From contig JAKMXF010000006.1 of NCBI GenBank assembly GCA_024704765.1, forward strand, positions 62,001 to 126,000: a DNA stretch of 64,000 bases, in the 5' to 3' direction. Each line of letters starts with the position of its first letter. Position 1 is the first letter of the stretch. The notes beneath the pieces were generated by a model that was not told the origin of the DNA, did not search any database, and saw nothing but the letters and a program-made list of their open reading frames with translations. Origin of the DNA: Oopsacas minuta (Eukaryota > Animalia > Porifera). The position numbers and the translations under genes are program-made. Shown in pieces: positions 51,901 through 62,319 of the stretch.

Positions 51901-53418
51901 CGAACTATGGAGAGCATTCCTACAGGAACTCCAGATATCATATTCCTAGGAAAGTCTGAGAGTTCGCTCTTTCTCCAAATGTTACCACCTGATGTATCAG
52001 AAGAAATCAATGGAGTAATCACATTCTACACGGTAACATACAAAGGAACAGTGATTGATACAGATCTCAATGTCAAAGAAGTATTAGTTGAATCAACAGA
52101 TTTCTTAACTCCCATCAAAGTAAACCTAACTGGCCTTGAAGAAGGAGTTGAGTACCAAATACAAGCTAGGATTAGTACATCTGTAGGAGGGGGTCCATAC
52201 TCTTCTGCTGTTACAGTAACAACAATAGAAACTGCTCCTACAGGTCCTCCTCTACAATTCAGGATTATTCTACAACTACCAACCATACTAACTCTGTATT
52301 GGACTCCTCCTGAACTAGAATTACAGAATGGTGTCATCACTGGATATTACATACATTATCATGGTGTATATATTGATACTCAAGAGATTTCCTTCACAAC
52401 TCAATCTTTGTATGTGAATCTGACTAATTTGGAAGAAGGAGCTCTCTATGAGATATCAGTATGTGCTCTAAGTGCAGCTGGAGAGGGACCTTGTGTGGAA
52501 TCAACTAATCGTACAAGAGAGATACCCCTAGGACAACCTCCACAGAATGTACAGGTAGAAGTGAATGGAGCTACTTCCATCCTCGTTTGTTGGGATAATT
52601 TGTTGAAAAGTGAAGAGAATGGAATAATATTGAACTATGTGATTACTGCTGAAGGACAAAGTCATGACAAAAGAGTTTATGAGCGGACTGCTAACTCTAC
52701 TGCTAGATGTTATACTTGTAATAATCTACAAGAAGCCAATGAATATAGAATAAGTATGACTGCAGAGAATAGTGCTGGTACAAGTCCGTCCTCACCAGTT
52801 ATTGTGGTCATTACTGAAGAAGATATACCTTCTGCAGCTCCAATTAACATCTTTGGTATTGGGAATCAAAATGTCATTGTTCTTCTGTGGGCACCACCTC
52901 TCCTATCAGATCAGAATGGTATTATCATAAAGTATGAAATTTGTTATTTTGGTATGATTATTGATAAAACTAAGTATCATATTCAATCAACGGCTGCTAG
53001 TGCCATTATTTCAGGTCTTGATGAAGGAGAGACTTATCACATTAAAGTACGTGCTTATACATTAAAGGGGCCTGGACCCTATTCTCTTATCATTAACATA
53101 AATACCATTGAAACTCCTCCGTCTGCTCCTCCTACTAATGTTACTCTAATTCCAACCTCTTCTACACAGCTTCTTGTTACTTGGGAAGAACCTCCTTTAG
53201 CAGATAAGAATGGAGTTATTACAAATTATGATATTACTATCTCTCCTTCTAACCGACAACTTATTCGGGTAGAAGCCTCAGTAAGGGCTTATACTTTTAG
53301 GGATCTTGATCATGTGACTAACTACTCTGTTAGAGTTAGAGCTAGAACTCTACCAGGACCTGGTCCTTACTGTGATCTTGTTACAGCTACCACGCTAGGG
53401 AAGTCACCTGTATATTAG
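42585..53418 (+). CDS. Mosaic extracellular protein SRCR-CTLD-Ig-SRCR-Ig-CTLD-CTLD-EGF-cbEGF-7xFN3 (5'-incomplete gene model)
   Basis: Eight exons on the same strand with GT-AG junctions that join in phase 1 and give one open frame. That they form a single transcript is inferred. Confidence 0.7.
45250..45915. mobile_element. Foldback-type element with ~265-290-bp arms
   Basis: Arms 45250-45514 and 45627-45915 built from AACTTTGATC(A/G)AA subrepeats; 8-bp TSD TGAAAACA; second copy at 56491-57208. Confidence 0.85.
45960..46349 (+). CDS. Exon: C-type lectin domain 1 (EPN + WND intact)
   Basis: SWENARQRC..LAT..CWIGL..W..GEPNN..EDCV...WNDLLC..YFC. Confidence 0.9.
47261..47566 (+). CDS. Exon: Ig-like domain 1
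   Basis: TLFC...VVW...GYYSCRV pattern; TTTTAG acceptor and GTATTT donor, phase 1. Confidence 0.7.
48570..48881 (+). CDS. Exon: SRCR domain 2
   Basis: LRLYDG..NEGILEIFHDNRWGSICDHSWD..DSKVACKQMGF..WLDHIRCSGNEASIADC..C..EGVYLKC. Confidence 0.9.
49071..49379 (+). CDS. Exon: Ig-like domain 2
   Basis: TLYC...IGW...GYYSCY; paralogous to Ig-like domain 1; phase 1. Confidence 0.7.
49459..49842 (+). CDS. Exon: C-type lectin domain 2
   Basis: NWATAQSNC..GGDLAS..CWIG..EPNE..EDCV..WNVTSC. Confidence 0.85.
50190..50564 (+). CDS. Exon: C-type lectin-like domain 3
   Basis: NWYSALNQC..GGSLAS..CWIGLND..FVW..DCVV..W...C; sugar-binding motifs absent. Confidence 0.85.
50737..51112. mobile_element. hAT-type MITE in the last intron
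   Basis: CAGGGGTGGGCAAA / TTTGCCCATATGTG ends; TSD CACGATAG / CACTATAG. Confidence 0.7.
51158..53418 (+). CDS. Giant exon: EGF tail + Ca-binding EGF + seven FN3 repeats
   Basis: DINEC..CEQICTNTEGNYFCSC, then seven repeats with the P..PP..W..P..NG.I..Y..L....Y...A.T..G.G pattern, ending at TAG 53416-53418. Confidence 0.9.
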
Positions 53419-55122
53419 TCGTATTTCTCTGTATTTCAAAAACTAACACCCCTATATCTTGTATATACTTATGTAGTATTCTAGTATATTGTTAGAAATA
53501 GGTATTTGGTGTGGTAATTATTTTTGTGTTAACTATATGATTACACATACACACGTGTAAGATACGTATATTCCCTTGTTCTGTTCCGTAACTACAACCA
53601 CATCCTTGAGGATCAGTTCAATACTATATATTATATGGTCAATACTATTCGTAAAGACCTGGGCAGCAAAAAACACCACCTTTTCTGATTATTGCCATTA
53701 TTTCTAGCTGGCCATAATACATAATATATCCTAGCATAACGTAAAGCAGCTTATATTTGCGGGTTTCATGTAGTGAATGTCTCCCTATAGCAGTTTTCCT
53801 TGGAGAAATACTATATAGTCAACATAATATTCTTTTCACAATTCTCAGTAGCCCTGGGGTTGTCGGCAATCCCTAGCGACGCCTATGATTTCCTGTTTGG
53901 TATTCCATTATAACATCATGTGTAAATATAAGTTGTTCATTTTCAGTTCCTTTCTCACAAGCCTTTATCAGAGGTTGATTCTTCCTCAATTCTACTTCTC
54001 TCTTTGTTTACGATTTTTACCAAAATTGTCTTCGCCGATAAGATAAACTGTCACCATCACCTTGTGAATATGTATGTTATCTATAATTATAAATCCAAAC
54101 AATGAAGTTATATAAGTATCTGGATATCTGTATATATGTAAATGAGGCCTCAATAAAATTATCAGTGTAACCATGGCTGCCTCTAATGACCAAAAGGCGG
54201 GATCTCGGGAGGTTAGCCATTTTTGGCGGGAAATTGAATAAAAGCCTTATAATGAAAGTACTAAGAGCGTGCTCACACAGGGACGTCGCCAGGATTCTTT
54301 ACCTAAGAAGACAGGACGAGGGGCAATGTGCTTTCAAGAGTTTAGCAGGAGACATGCCAAGTGGCTGATCTATAAATTTCTAGTTGGGTATAACCATCCA
54401 ACTAGTTAGCGTCGTCGTGTGGCCTTGAAACCTGGGAGAGCACAAGTTCAATCTATTGAGCAATAAGTTCTAGATGAGGGATCCTGTAAACAATCAGTAA
54501 AGACTGTCCAAGAACGAAACCTATCTTAAGAAATAACGTTTGGTTTGCAATTTGCCCAGAAAGTTGAGATTTTTCTGGACGAAAATCCAATCAAACATCA
54601 CGCAAGTTTGTGTTCCCTATCTTACTATTCGAAAAGGAACACGATAATTTTACTTCCTTTTAACCATCCTTTTTCACGTCATAAAATGGTATATTTTCCC
54701 GGCCGTATTCGGTTAATGCAGTACGCGACAAGTAATTCTCACTGATATCATATACATATTCTCTACAGGAAGTATGTCCATTAATTGACAGAGATACAGA
54801 CAATTGGGAGATTAACAATTTACTGTATTGGAGAGGGGCAAATAAACTATAATCTGACCAATCCTTATCAGATATTTATGATTAATGTGAAACATTTCAT
54901 GTTGTTATTCATTATTGCTTTGATTTGTATTAATTATATTTTATACAAAGTTTATCAAATTAGTTTTGTAACATAACTAAAGTGATTATCTGTCAAATTT
55001 CGAAATTCTATCTATAGGATTATATTGACAGATGGTTAGAAGCAATACAATTCTATCCAATCGATTAGGTATAAAATGAAATGTATAATGAATAAGTTAT
55101 TTATGAATAAACAAATTGTACA

Positions 55123-55686
55123 ATGGGAAAAGCAGTAAGCAAGTCTAATAAGAAATCGCATAAGGCAGCAAGCAAGCAAAACGTGTTATTGCTGGGACTT
55201 AGTAGGAGCGGGAAGAGCACGTTAGTAGCGCGGTTGCTGTCTGAGAAGATATCAGAGTATAATCCAACAGAAGGGTTTAATCTAGTCAACTATTCTAGAG
55301 AAGATGATACAGGGTCATGTTTAAATTTATGGGATTTAGGTGGGAGTAAGCTGGATAGAATTGGCTGGCAGTTCTTCTACCCTGTTACAGATGGGATTAT
55401 GTACATAATAGATAGCGAAGATAGATATCATTTAGAGGAAAACAAAAGACAACTAAACCTTATACTTAATAATAATATATTACAGAAAGTCCCACTTGTG
55501 ATTGTAGCAAACAAACAGGATATAGAGGGAGCAATAGATGAGACAGAAATAAAGAGTCTGTTAGAATTGAATAATGCATCGAATATGCTTTGTGGGATAT
55601 TCGGCACAAGTCAGTCTATTGAGAGTTCAATAGCTTCATGTCTGCATACACTAGTCAATGAAATGGAAACAAAACACATTCGTTAA
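55123..55686 (+). CDS. Arf-like (ARL) small GTPase, intronless, 187 aa
   Basis: MGKAVS myristoylation-type start, G1 GLSRSGKS, G2 PTEGFN, G3 WDLGGS, G4 NKQD. Confidence 0.9.
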   Translation: MGKAVSKSNKKSHKAASKQNVLLLGLSRSGKSTLVARLLSEKISEYNPTEGFNLVNYSREDDTGSCLNLWDLGGSKLDRIGWQFFYPVTDGIMYIIDSEDRYHLEENKRQLNLILNNNILQKVPLVIVANKQDIEGAIDETEIKSLLELNNASNMLCGIFGTSQSIESSIASCLHTLVNEMETKHIR

Positions 55687-56490
55687 TTCCAACTTGGAGA
55701 AATCATTAATAATTGAGATAATTTCATTTATATATATGCATTATGTTGTTGATACTAATTTACATACAAACAATATACAATAACAATATAGTGAATTAAC
55801 CTTAGCTAAATTTGGTAAATTTATGTAGACGAAGTAGTATGTACTGATTAGACATAAACTTTATTCATGTCTAATCAGTACAAGTGCTACAAGTATAATT
55901 TCTTGTCTCGTTTTATGGAAAAGAATTTTGAGAACTTCAAGAATTAATATATGCAACTAATATGAACTATTACAATACGAATATCCTATATCATTAAACA
56001 CGGAATATTAGTCATTTGGAAATTGTAGAAAAGTAAGGGTTGTAGAAACTTATAAGGCACTGACGTATGAATACATCTATCGCCTAAGTAGCCATGCAAA
56101 AATCTGGCAAAAACTCCCATATTCTAATAGCAATGGCATCGATCTAAAGTGTTAAAAAAGAGAATTATAATATAGACGTATGATTCAGCTTGATAACCCT
56201 GAGAAAACCCTTAAAGTAGTTGAGTCTTATAGTATCTCTCATACGTGTGTATAGTCGGGTGTGTATTACAAATTATCAGTTTCTATATAATTAGTTTATG
56301 TTACACCACAATTGTGAAATCGTCCATTCATCAAATATACAATTACTATTACTCATCTCATCAATTGGATCCTTCAATTATCCAATTCATGAAATGGTAG
56401 GATATGGTGATCCAATTCATGTAATGAAAATTAGTATGATATTAATTGGGGAAAGAAATATATTTTCTAATTGAGGGCGTTGCAAATAAT

Positions 56491-57208
56491 GCATCTGTGT
56501 ATTTTGATAGAATTTTTTGTAGAACTTTGATCAAAATTTCTTATGTCGAACTTTGATCGAATAATGAAAAAGGCAAATTTTGATCAAAGTTCTACTTAAA
56601 TATCTTCAGTCGAACTTTGATCGAAAAACGAGAACTTTGATCGAAACATTTTCGTGCTCCACGACACCACAATATTCAGGGTGGCACCCTGATCCCCCAT
56701 GTACTGCCACAATGCACCAGAGACTCGACTGATTTCAATCTAGGACGTGCTAGCACTTTATATCTTATTAATTAGAAAGAGTACCATTGGTAGGGGATTA
56801 GGGATTTATTTCGCTACCTTATGGCTCTGGGAGTATTTATTTTTGTTCGTTATTAGTTACTAAAGGACAGGAGTGTGGAATTTATGCTAATTTTATGATT
56901 GGATTGAGTTTTGTTGGATTGATTATTGTAAATCTTTGTAAAATAGGCGGATCGTTAGATTTTTTGTTTATTTTCTCCATTTTCTATCAAAGTTCTCACT
57001 TTTCGATCAAAGTTCTCATTTTCGCTCAAAGTTTTCGTTTTTCGATCAACGTTCTCATTTTAGATCAAAATTCGACAATTTTTCGATCAAAGTTCGACTT
57101 TGGACATTTTAGTAGGACTTTGATCAAAATTTGCCTTTTTCATCATTCGATCAAAGTTCTACATAAGAAAATTTGATCAAAGTTCTACAAAAAATTCGAT
57201 CAAAATAA
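56491..57208. mobile_element. Foldback element copy 2, opposite orientation to 45250-45915
   Basis: Same arms and subrepeats; central spacer reverse-complemented; right terminus deleted into the presumed CAAATAAT TSD. Confidence 0.8.
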
Positions 57209-59371
57209 TCAACTTGGAATTTTTGTAATCGGTCAACTTTGGTGGTTTATAAATGATCAACGAACATATGCATTTGGTAAATAATTGTAACTTTGTGGCT
57301 GATCATTTGACAATACTATCTAGGGTTTCCAAAATACGTATTGACATCATAGCGTACCACACATGTTATCAACAACAGTAGCCAGTCCTAGGGTGCCATG
57401 ACAGATCCCAAAATTCGCATACTCAACTTGGACACGGAGTAAGCGAGATTTCCAATCCTCATTCCTGATATTGAATACAATTCACAAACACAACAGTAAT
57501 CGCTTGTTCTTTCATTAATTCGATAAAAACAACACATCTTCTGCCATTAAAGTTTCAAAATACTCAAATGAAAAGGACTGGGGGGCAAGATCAGATCCCC
57601 AACTAGGCTACTCCAGATGGACACAAATCCACTTAGCAACATTTCCAATCTTCATTCCTTATCAAGTGATCAACAACACACATAGTTTCTTATGTCGGTA
57701 TCAATAGCCATTTTAATGATTATTTTTAAGTATTGTGTGTTTGAACAGATCATTAGTGACCCATGCCCATGAGCCATATAACCCATTTGACCCATTACCC
57801 GTCAAATGGGTAGATGATAAGAAGTAGGTTGCAATCAGTGGGTTGGTTGATACACTTGATTGTTATGCACTTACGTATGTGTATTTCTGAAAATTTTTGT
57901 AATGATACTCAAAGCTGGACAACAGAGTTGATCATCTATCAATGGATTATGGCTCATGAGTCGTAGGTTATGCATTCATAAGATGGTCGATGGGTCATTC
58001 GATTGAGATGAATCATAGTCTAGTGGGTCAAAGAACCGTCATCAAAGACCAACTGGCTCATCTGCCATTCTGAATGGACACATCCCTATCATCCAACATT
58101 TTCCACAGGCGAGGAGTATTTGGCGACTGATGTTCCGTTAATATTGGTGAAGATGCCTCATAATTCTGGTTGCCCCGAGGACTCACAATCCCTTAATCCG
58201 TCCCTGACATCCAGTACAGTGGTCCAATTATGTACTGATTATTTAGATATAATATAAATCTAACGTAACTCTGGATGAATGAAAAGGACCACAATTGGAG
58301 TCAGCTCCATTATCAAGGCTGGAGTGCAATCCTTTTCTGTATAAAGAGCGGAGGCGGGAGCACCGCTCCAAATAATGAAGTGCCCTTAATGCTCTATAAT
58401 TCATGGAGATTTTGCATTACAATTACTTAAGGTATGAAAGAACCAAAATAAAGTTAAGTAAGCACTCATCCGTACTTCAGCTGATAGGACTCTAACTTGG
58501 GCATCCTATTTGGCTCAGGATCTTCGGTTAAACTTAAAATTCCTCAATCAATTATCCTCGTTCATGTGCATTAAATGTATAAATTTAGCTTGTAATCTTC
58601 AGTCCGTATTCCCTATCCACAATACTGACTCTGCTTTGAAAGTTCAATGGCAGCCTGAAATCCGTCACAAACTAATACTGAAGTTATTGCTTAATTAACT
58701 GTTATCCTTGCATTTAGTAATTCATAACTATATGACACATTTTTTCGTCCATTATTATAGATTGATATCTTATTAGTCATCTACTTTATTTACAAAAACT
58801 AGATAACTTACTATCACGTCAGATTGCATAATATCTTTTGTGATAAAATATCACAAATGATATTATGCTATCTGAATAATAGTTTAGACAATTATTAAGT
58901 TTTGAACTCAGAGATTACTCTGATTGTGATTAGAACCAATAATCTCCCTATTTGTAATATGTAATGTTACTCTCAAATAACTTTACTATATATTTCAGTC
59001 AGCTAAATAAAAGAAATTTGTGTAAATCAGCTAAATGCAAGATGTATTTCCCTTGAAATATTTCTGTAAGCTAACTAAATTTCAACTCAGTTGCGTTGCT
59101 TTCAGATAAGTACACATATATCAATATGAATAAATATGTTTATTGTTATTTTGGTTTTCCTTTTTTCAGGTTGCGAAATATTGGTTTGCGAAAATAATAC
59201 GGCACCTAAAATACTATATGCATTGCTGTTATTCTTTCTGCAAGTGAGCTGAAAATCACTTGAAATGACTTGATTTAACTGACCGACTTGACCGAATCCA
59301 TTATATTAATGAAACGTGACTCTATGGCGGGAGCTTTAGACACATTAGTATTAGCTAAAGGAATTCGTATA

Positions 59372-59527
59372 CAGTGGAACCTGCATAAACTGACATTTGT
59401 ATAATCCGAAAACCCTCTATAATCCGGTGTGTTTCTGATCTGAAATAGGTTCCGAAGATACAAATTCACCTGTATAATCTAACAAAATGTTCATATCCCA
59501 ATGGATCAGTTAATACAGATTCCACTG
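59372..59527. mobile_element. pogo/Tc1-like MITE
   Basis: TA|CAGTGGAACCTG ... CAGATTCCACTG|TA. Confidence 0.65.
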
Positions 59528-60140
59528 TATAAACATATAATATAAGGATTATATACGAATATGAAAAAAATATGCTATGATGACGTGACAGGGGCGTAAA
59601 CACGGCTTAGGCCTAGATCTAGCATAGATGAGAGCACAGGCATCGATTTATCCAGCAAATTGCATATACGAGTAATTTTGGTTGCTAAAATACTAGACTT
59701 AGCCCTATCTTTTGTATTTAAGAACTGACTTGATCCTGACCAGGCTATGTGAGAAATTTTGTAACCTGTATCAGCACTACAATTGCACCACAAGCAACTG
59801 GCCTCCCTGAAAGGGGAACATAAACGGGGGTGAATAAGGTTAATTAATTAAACAACATATATTTCAAAGCAAACGAACCTATAAAAGCGGAGACTGGGGG
59901 ACTCAAGCCTGGAGTCCAATCTCCCTGATTTGGGAGGTTCCACTGCATTAGGTAAAAATATTCGTATATTATCAGATATTCTAATAAAAAATTCATACAA
60001 ATCCAAAAAATATCCGCTAGGATAAATATCAATTATTTTTAGCAAAATCACTGCCAATATAGTTAAACATAAATGTAAGAATAGATGAAAGAAGGAATTT
60101 AACCATTGAATAGATACAGGTAATAGATATATCGAAAAGT

Positions 60141-61270
60141 TTACGAGATGAGAGGTTTCCTGAGAGGATTAGGGAAATGAGTCACATAACCAGTTTTACC
60201 TTGGATACGAAGCCATATAAAAACTGACATCGTATAGAATCCACTGATGATGTAAGGAATGAAAATAAGTGCGAATCCCATTACAGTACAGAAATACTCT
60301 AGAGTTGCGAAACATGTTAGGATGTAACTAGGAATATAGCTCTTTTGCAAGCTGCATAAGGAGTAGTAATTGAAATTATCATTTGAGTTTACCAGTAACA
60401 AAATTTGGGTCCAAATTTCAATATCGTCTATTAGTAATGAAACTAATAGGAAAAATGCACCTAACCATAAAATTAGAAATAATATCCTCAGCTGTTTGTT
60501 CTCTCGTTTGAATTTATTCAATAATCTCCGATTATTTTGACTAATCTGTAGATCAACAATTGTCCAGTTAATCACCATTTTGAGTCTTCTATATTGTTGT
60601 ATTCCTAATACTAGTAACATCATCGATATAATCCAGTATAAAAATTTCATAATCAGGGCTAAGATACATACTAGCGTTGAGAGATGAGTTAATATTAGAA
60701 ATAATATAGTGAGGACGATGAAGTAAGGAATTTTGTTATGTTTAATCCAACTCTTTCTAGCGTATCTTGCTGTGAGATAATTGCAGAGACAAGCCACTAA
60801 CGTTAAACTCAAAAAGAACATGTCATGTCTCAAATGATACATGTTTATGTAAATTTGGGAGTTTACTTGGAAGATACTGGAAGGAGATTCGATGCAATCA
60901 ATGGAATGATTATTCGCCCTCATTGATTTGCTCTCAGAAATATAAGTAGGAATTTTTCGGTCACAAATTACAAAAATACTCACGTTAAGATATGCAATTG
61001 CTGTGGTAGCAAATGTAACAGCGAACCATTCTACGATATTGATGGAGAATAAGAATATGCTTTTGACATATTCCGTCTCTGCCAAATAATTTACTTCCTG
61101 TTGAAATTGATCATTAGATTCATGAATCCTTTCATGTCAGATTTGTAGCATACTCTCCTCTTGATGACATTTTCCAACAAATAAATAGACCAGAATATGA
61201 ATACAAATGTGAAAACTGTAAAAAATATTGCTATAAATATAATTGAGATAATGAATTGATATTCAAACAT
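60141..61270 (-). pseudogene. Intronless seven-transmembrane protein with one frameshift (or an assembly indel)
   Basis: ATG at 61270 gives TM1 (QFIISIIFIAIFFTVFTFVFIFWSIYLL); the frame shifts near 61136-61143 into the 314-aa ORF with six more hydrophobic helices. Confidence 0.65.
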
Positions 61271-61312
61271 TATAGTATAGAATTGATAGTTAAAGTATTA
61301 ATTTATACTTAT

Positions 61313-61534
61313 CCATAGCCTACTCTACTATAAAGCCTTCTGACCTCTTGTGAATTTAGGATCAGGGACGCAGTCGGAGATGAAGGTATTTTACGTGTAG
61401 ATTCAATATTGCAAAAATGATGCATTTTTACCCGAATATATGTATTGTACACGTAAAATACCTTCATCTCCGACTGCGTCCCTGATCCAAAATTCACAAG
61501 AGGTCGGCAGGCCGTATAGTAGAGTAGGTTATGG
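61313..61534. mobile_element. Small foldback MITE, ~88-bp arms
   Basis: CCATAGCCTACTCTACTATA...GAAGGTATTTTACGTGTA is mirrored at ~61447-61534; flanks CTTAT / CTTAC. Confidence 0.8.
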
Positions 61535-62319
61535 CTTACCGATTTATAATGCGATTTCTGCATCTGCTAGCATATGATTCCTTCAGTTTGCATATCAACT
61601 GTACAAATCCATTTTCCTATTAGGAATGTATTCACCACAAAATGTTATAAGCCATAGGTATGGGTATTCTTACCACTTTTTTGCAATTTTGAGATTTGTA
61701 CTTTACTATTAAGACATTATTAATCTATCTATATGTATGAATGTATGTTAAGCTGACAAGGAGTAATATCGTAATAAATAATGAATAGAAATACAGGTAA
61801 GTATAGGCCACACAATAACTAAGACTATCTACTAAGCTGAATAAATGTAGCTATACGTAGCGTTTAGAAGCCCTATCGGTCTAATATTTGAGACCACCTA
61901 CCCAAAGTGCGTTAGTGCTAACATATTCATAACACCATTCCCCTTCTCTCTACTTGCTTGTGTGGCGCTGTCCTTCTTTTCAAACTGCATAGTAGGTGTA
62001 GCGTGACCGTTTCTATTCTCGGAATGAGTAACGTCTCTTCTTCATTCTTGTATCGCTTGTTGTTAGCCAGTTTTCATCGGTATATGTATCCGGTAAGACC
62101 TCCTAAGGGAGTATAGATGCTTTCATGTTGTTCACACCCTTCGCTGCAGCCATTCGATTCAGACGACTCTACCACATATATATCCTGACAGTTCTCGTCT
62201 CCTACAGCTGCATCTTGACCCCCTGTTTTATGACGTGTACAGGGTACCGCAGTTAGGGCTGCCTGGATGAAAACAGGTTCTGCACCATCGCACTTCTTAG
62301 TGATTGAGGTGGACCCATT

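Noticed and set aside
61110-61155. 25-nt GT-AG micro-intron repairing the 7TM frameshift
   Set aside because: Splicing it gives GAT TCA TGA (stop), the wrong frame.
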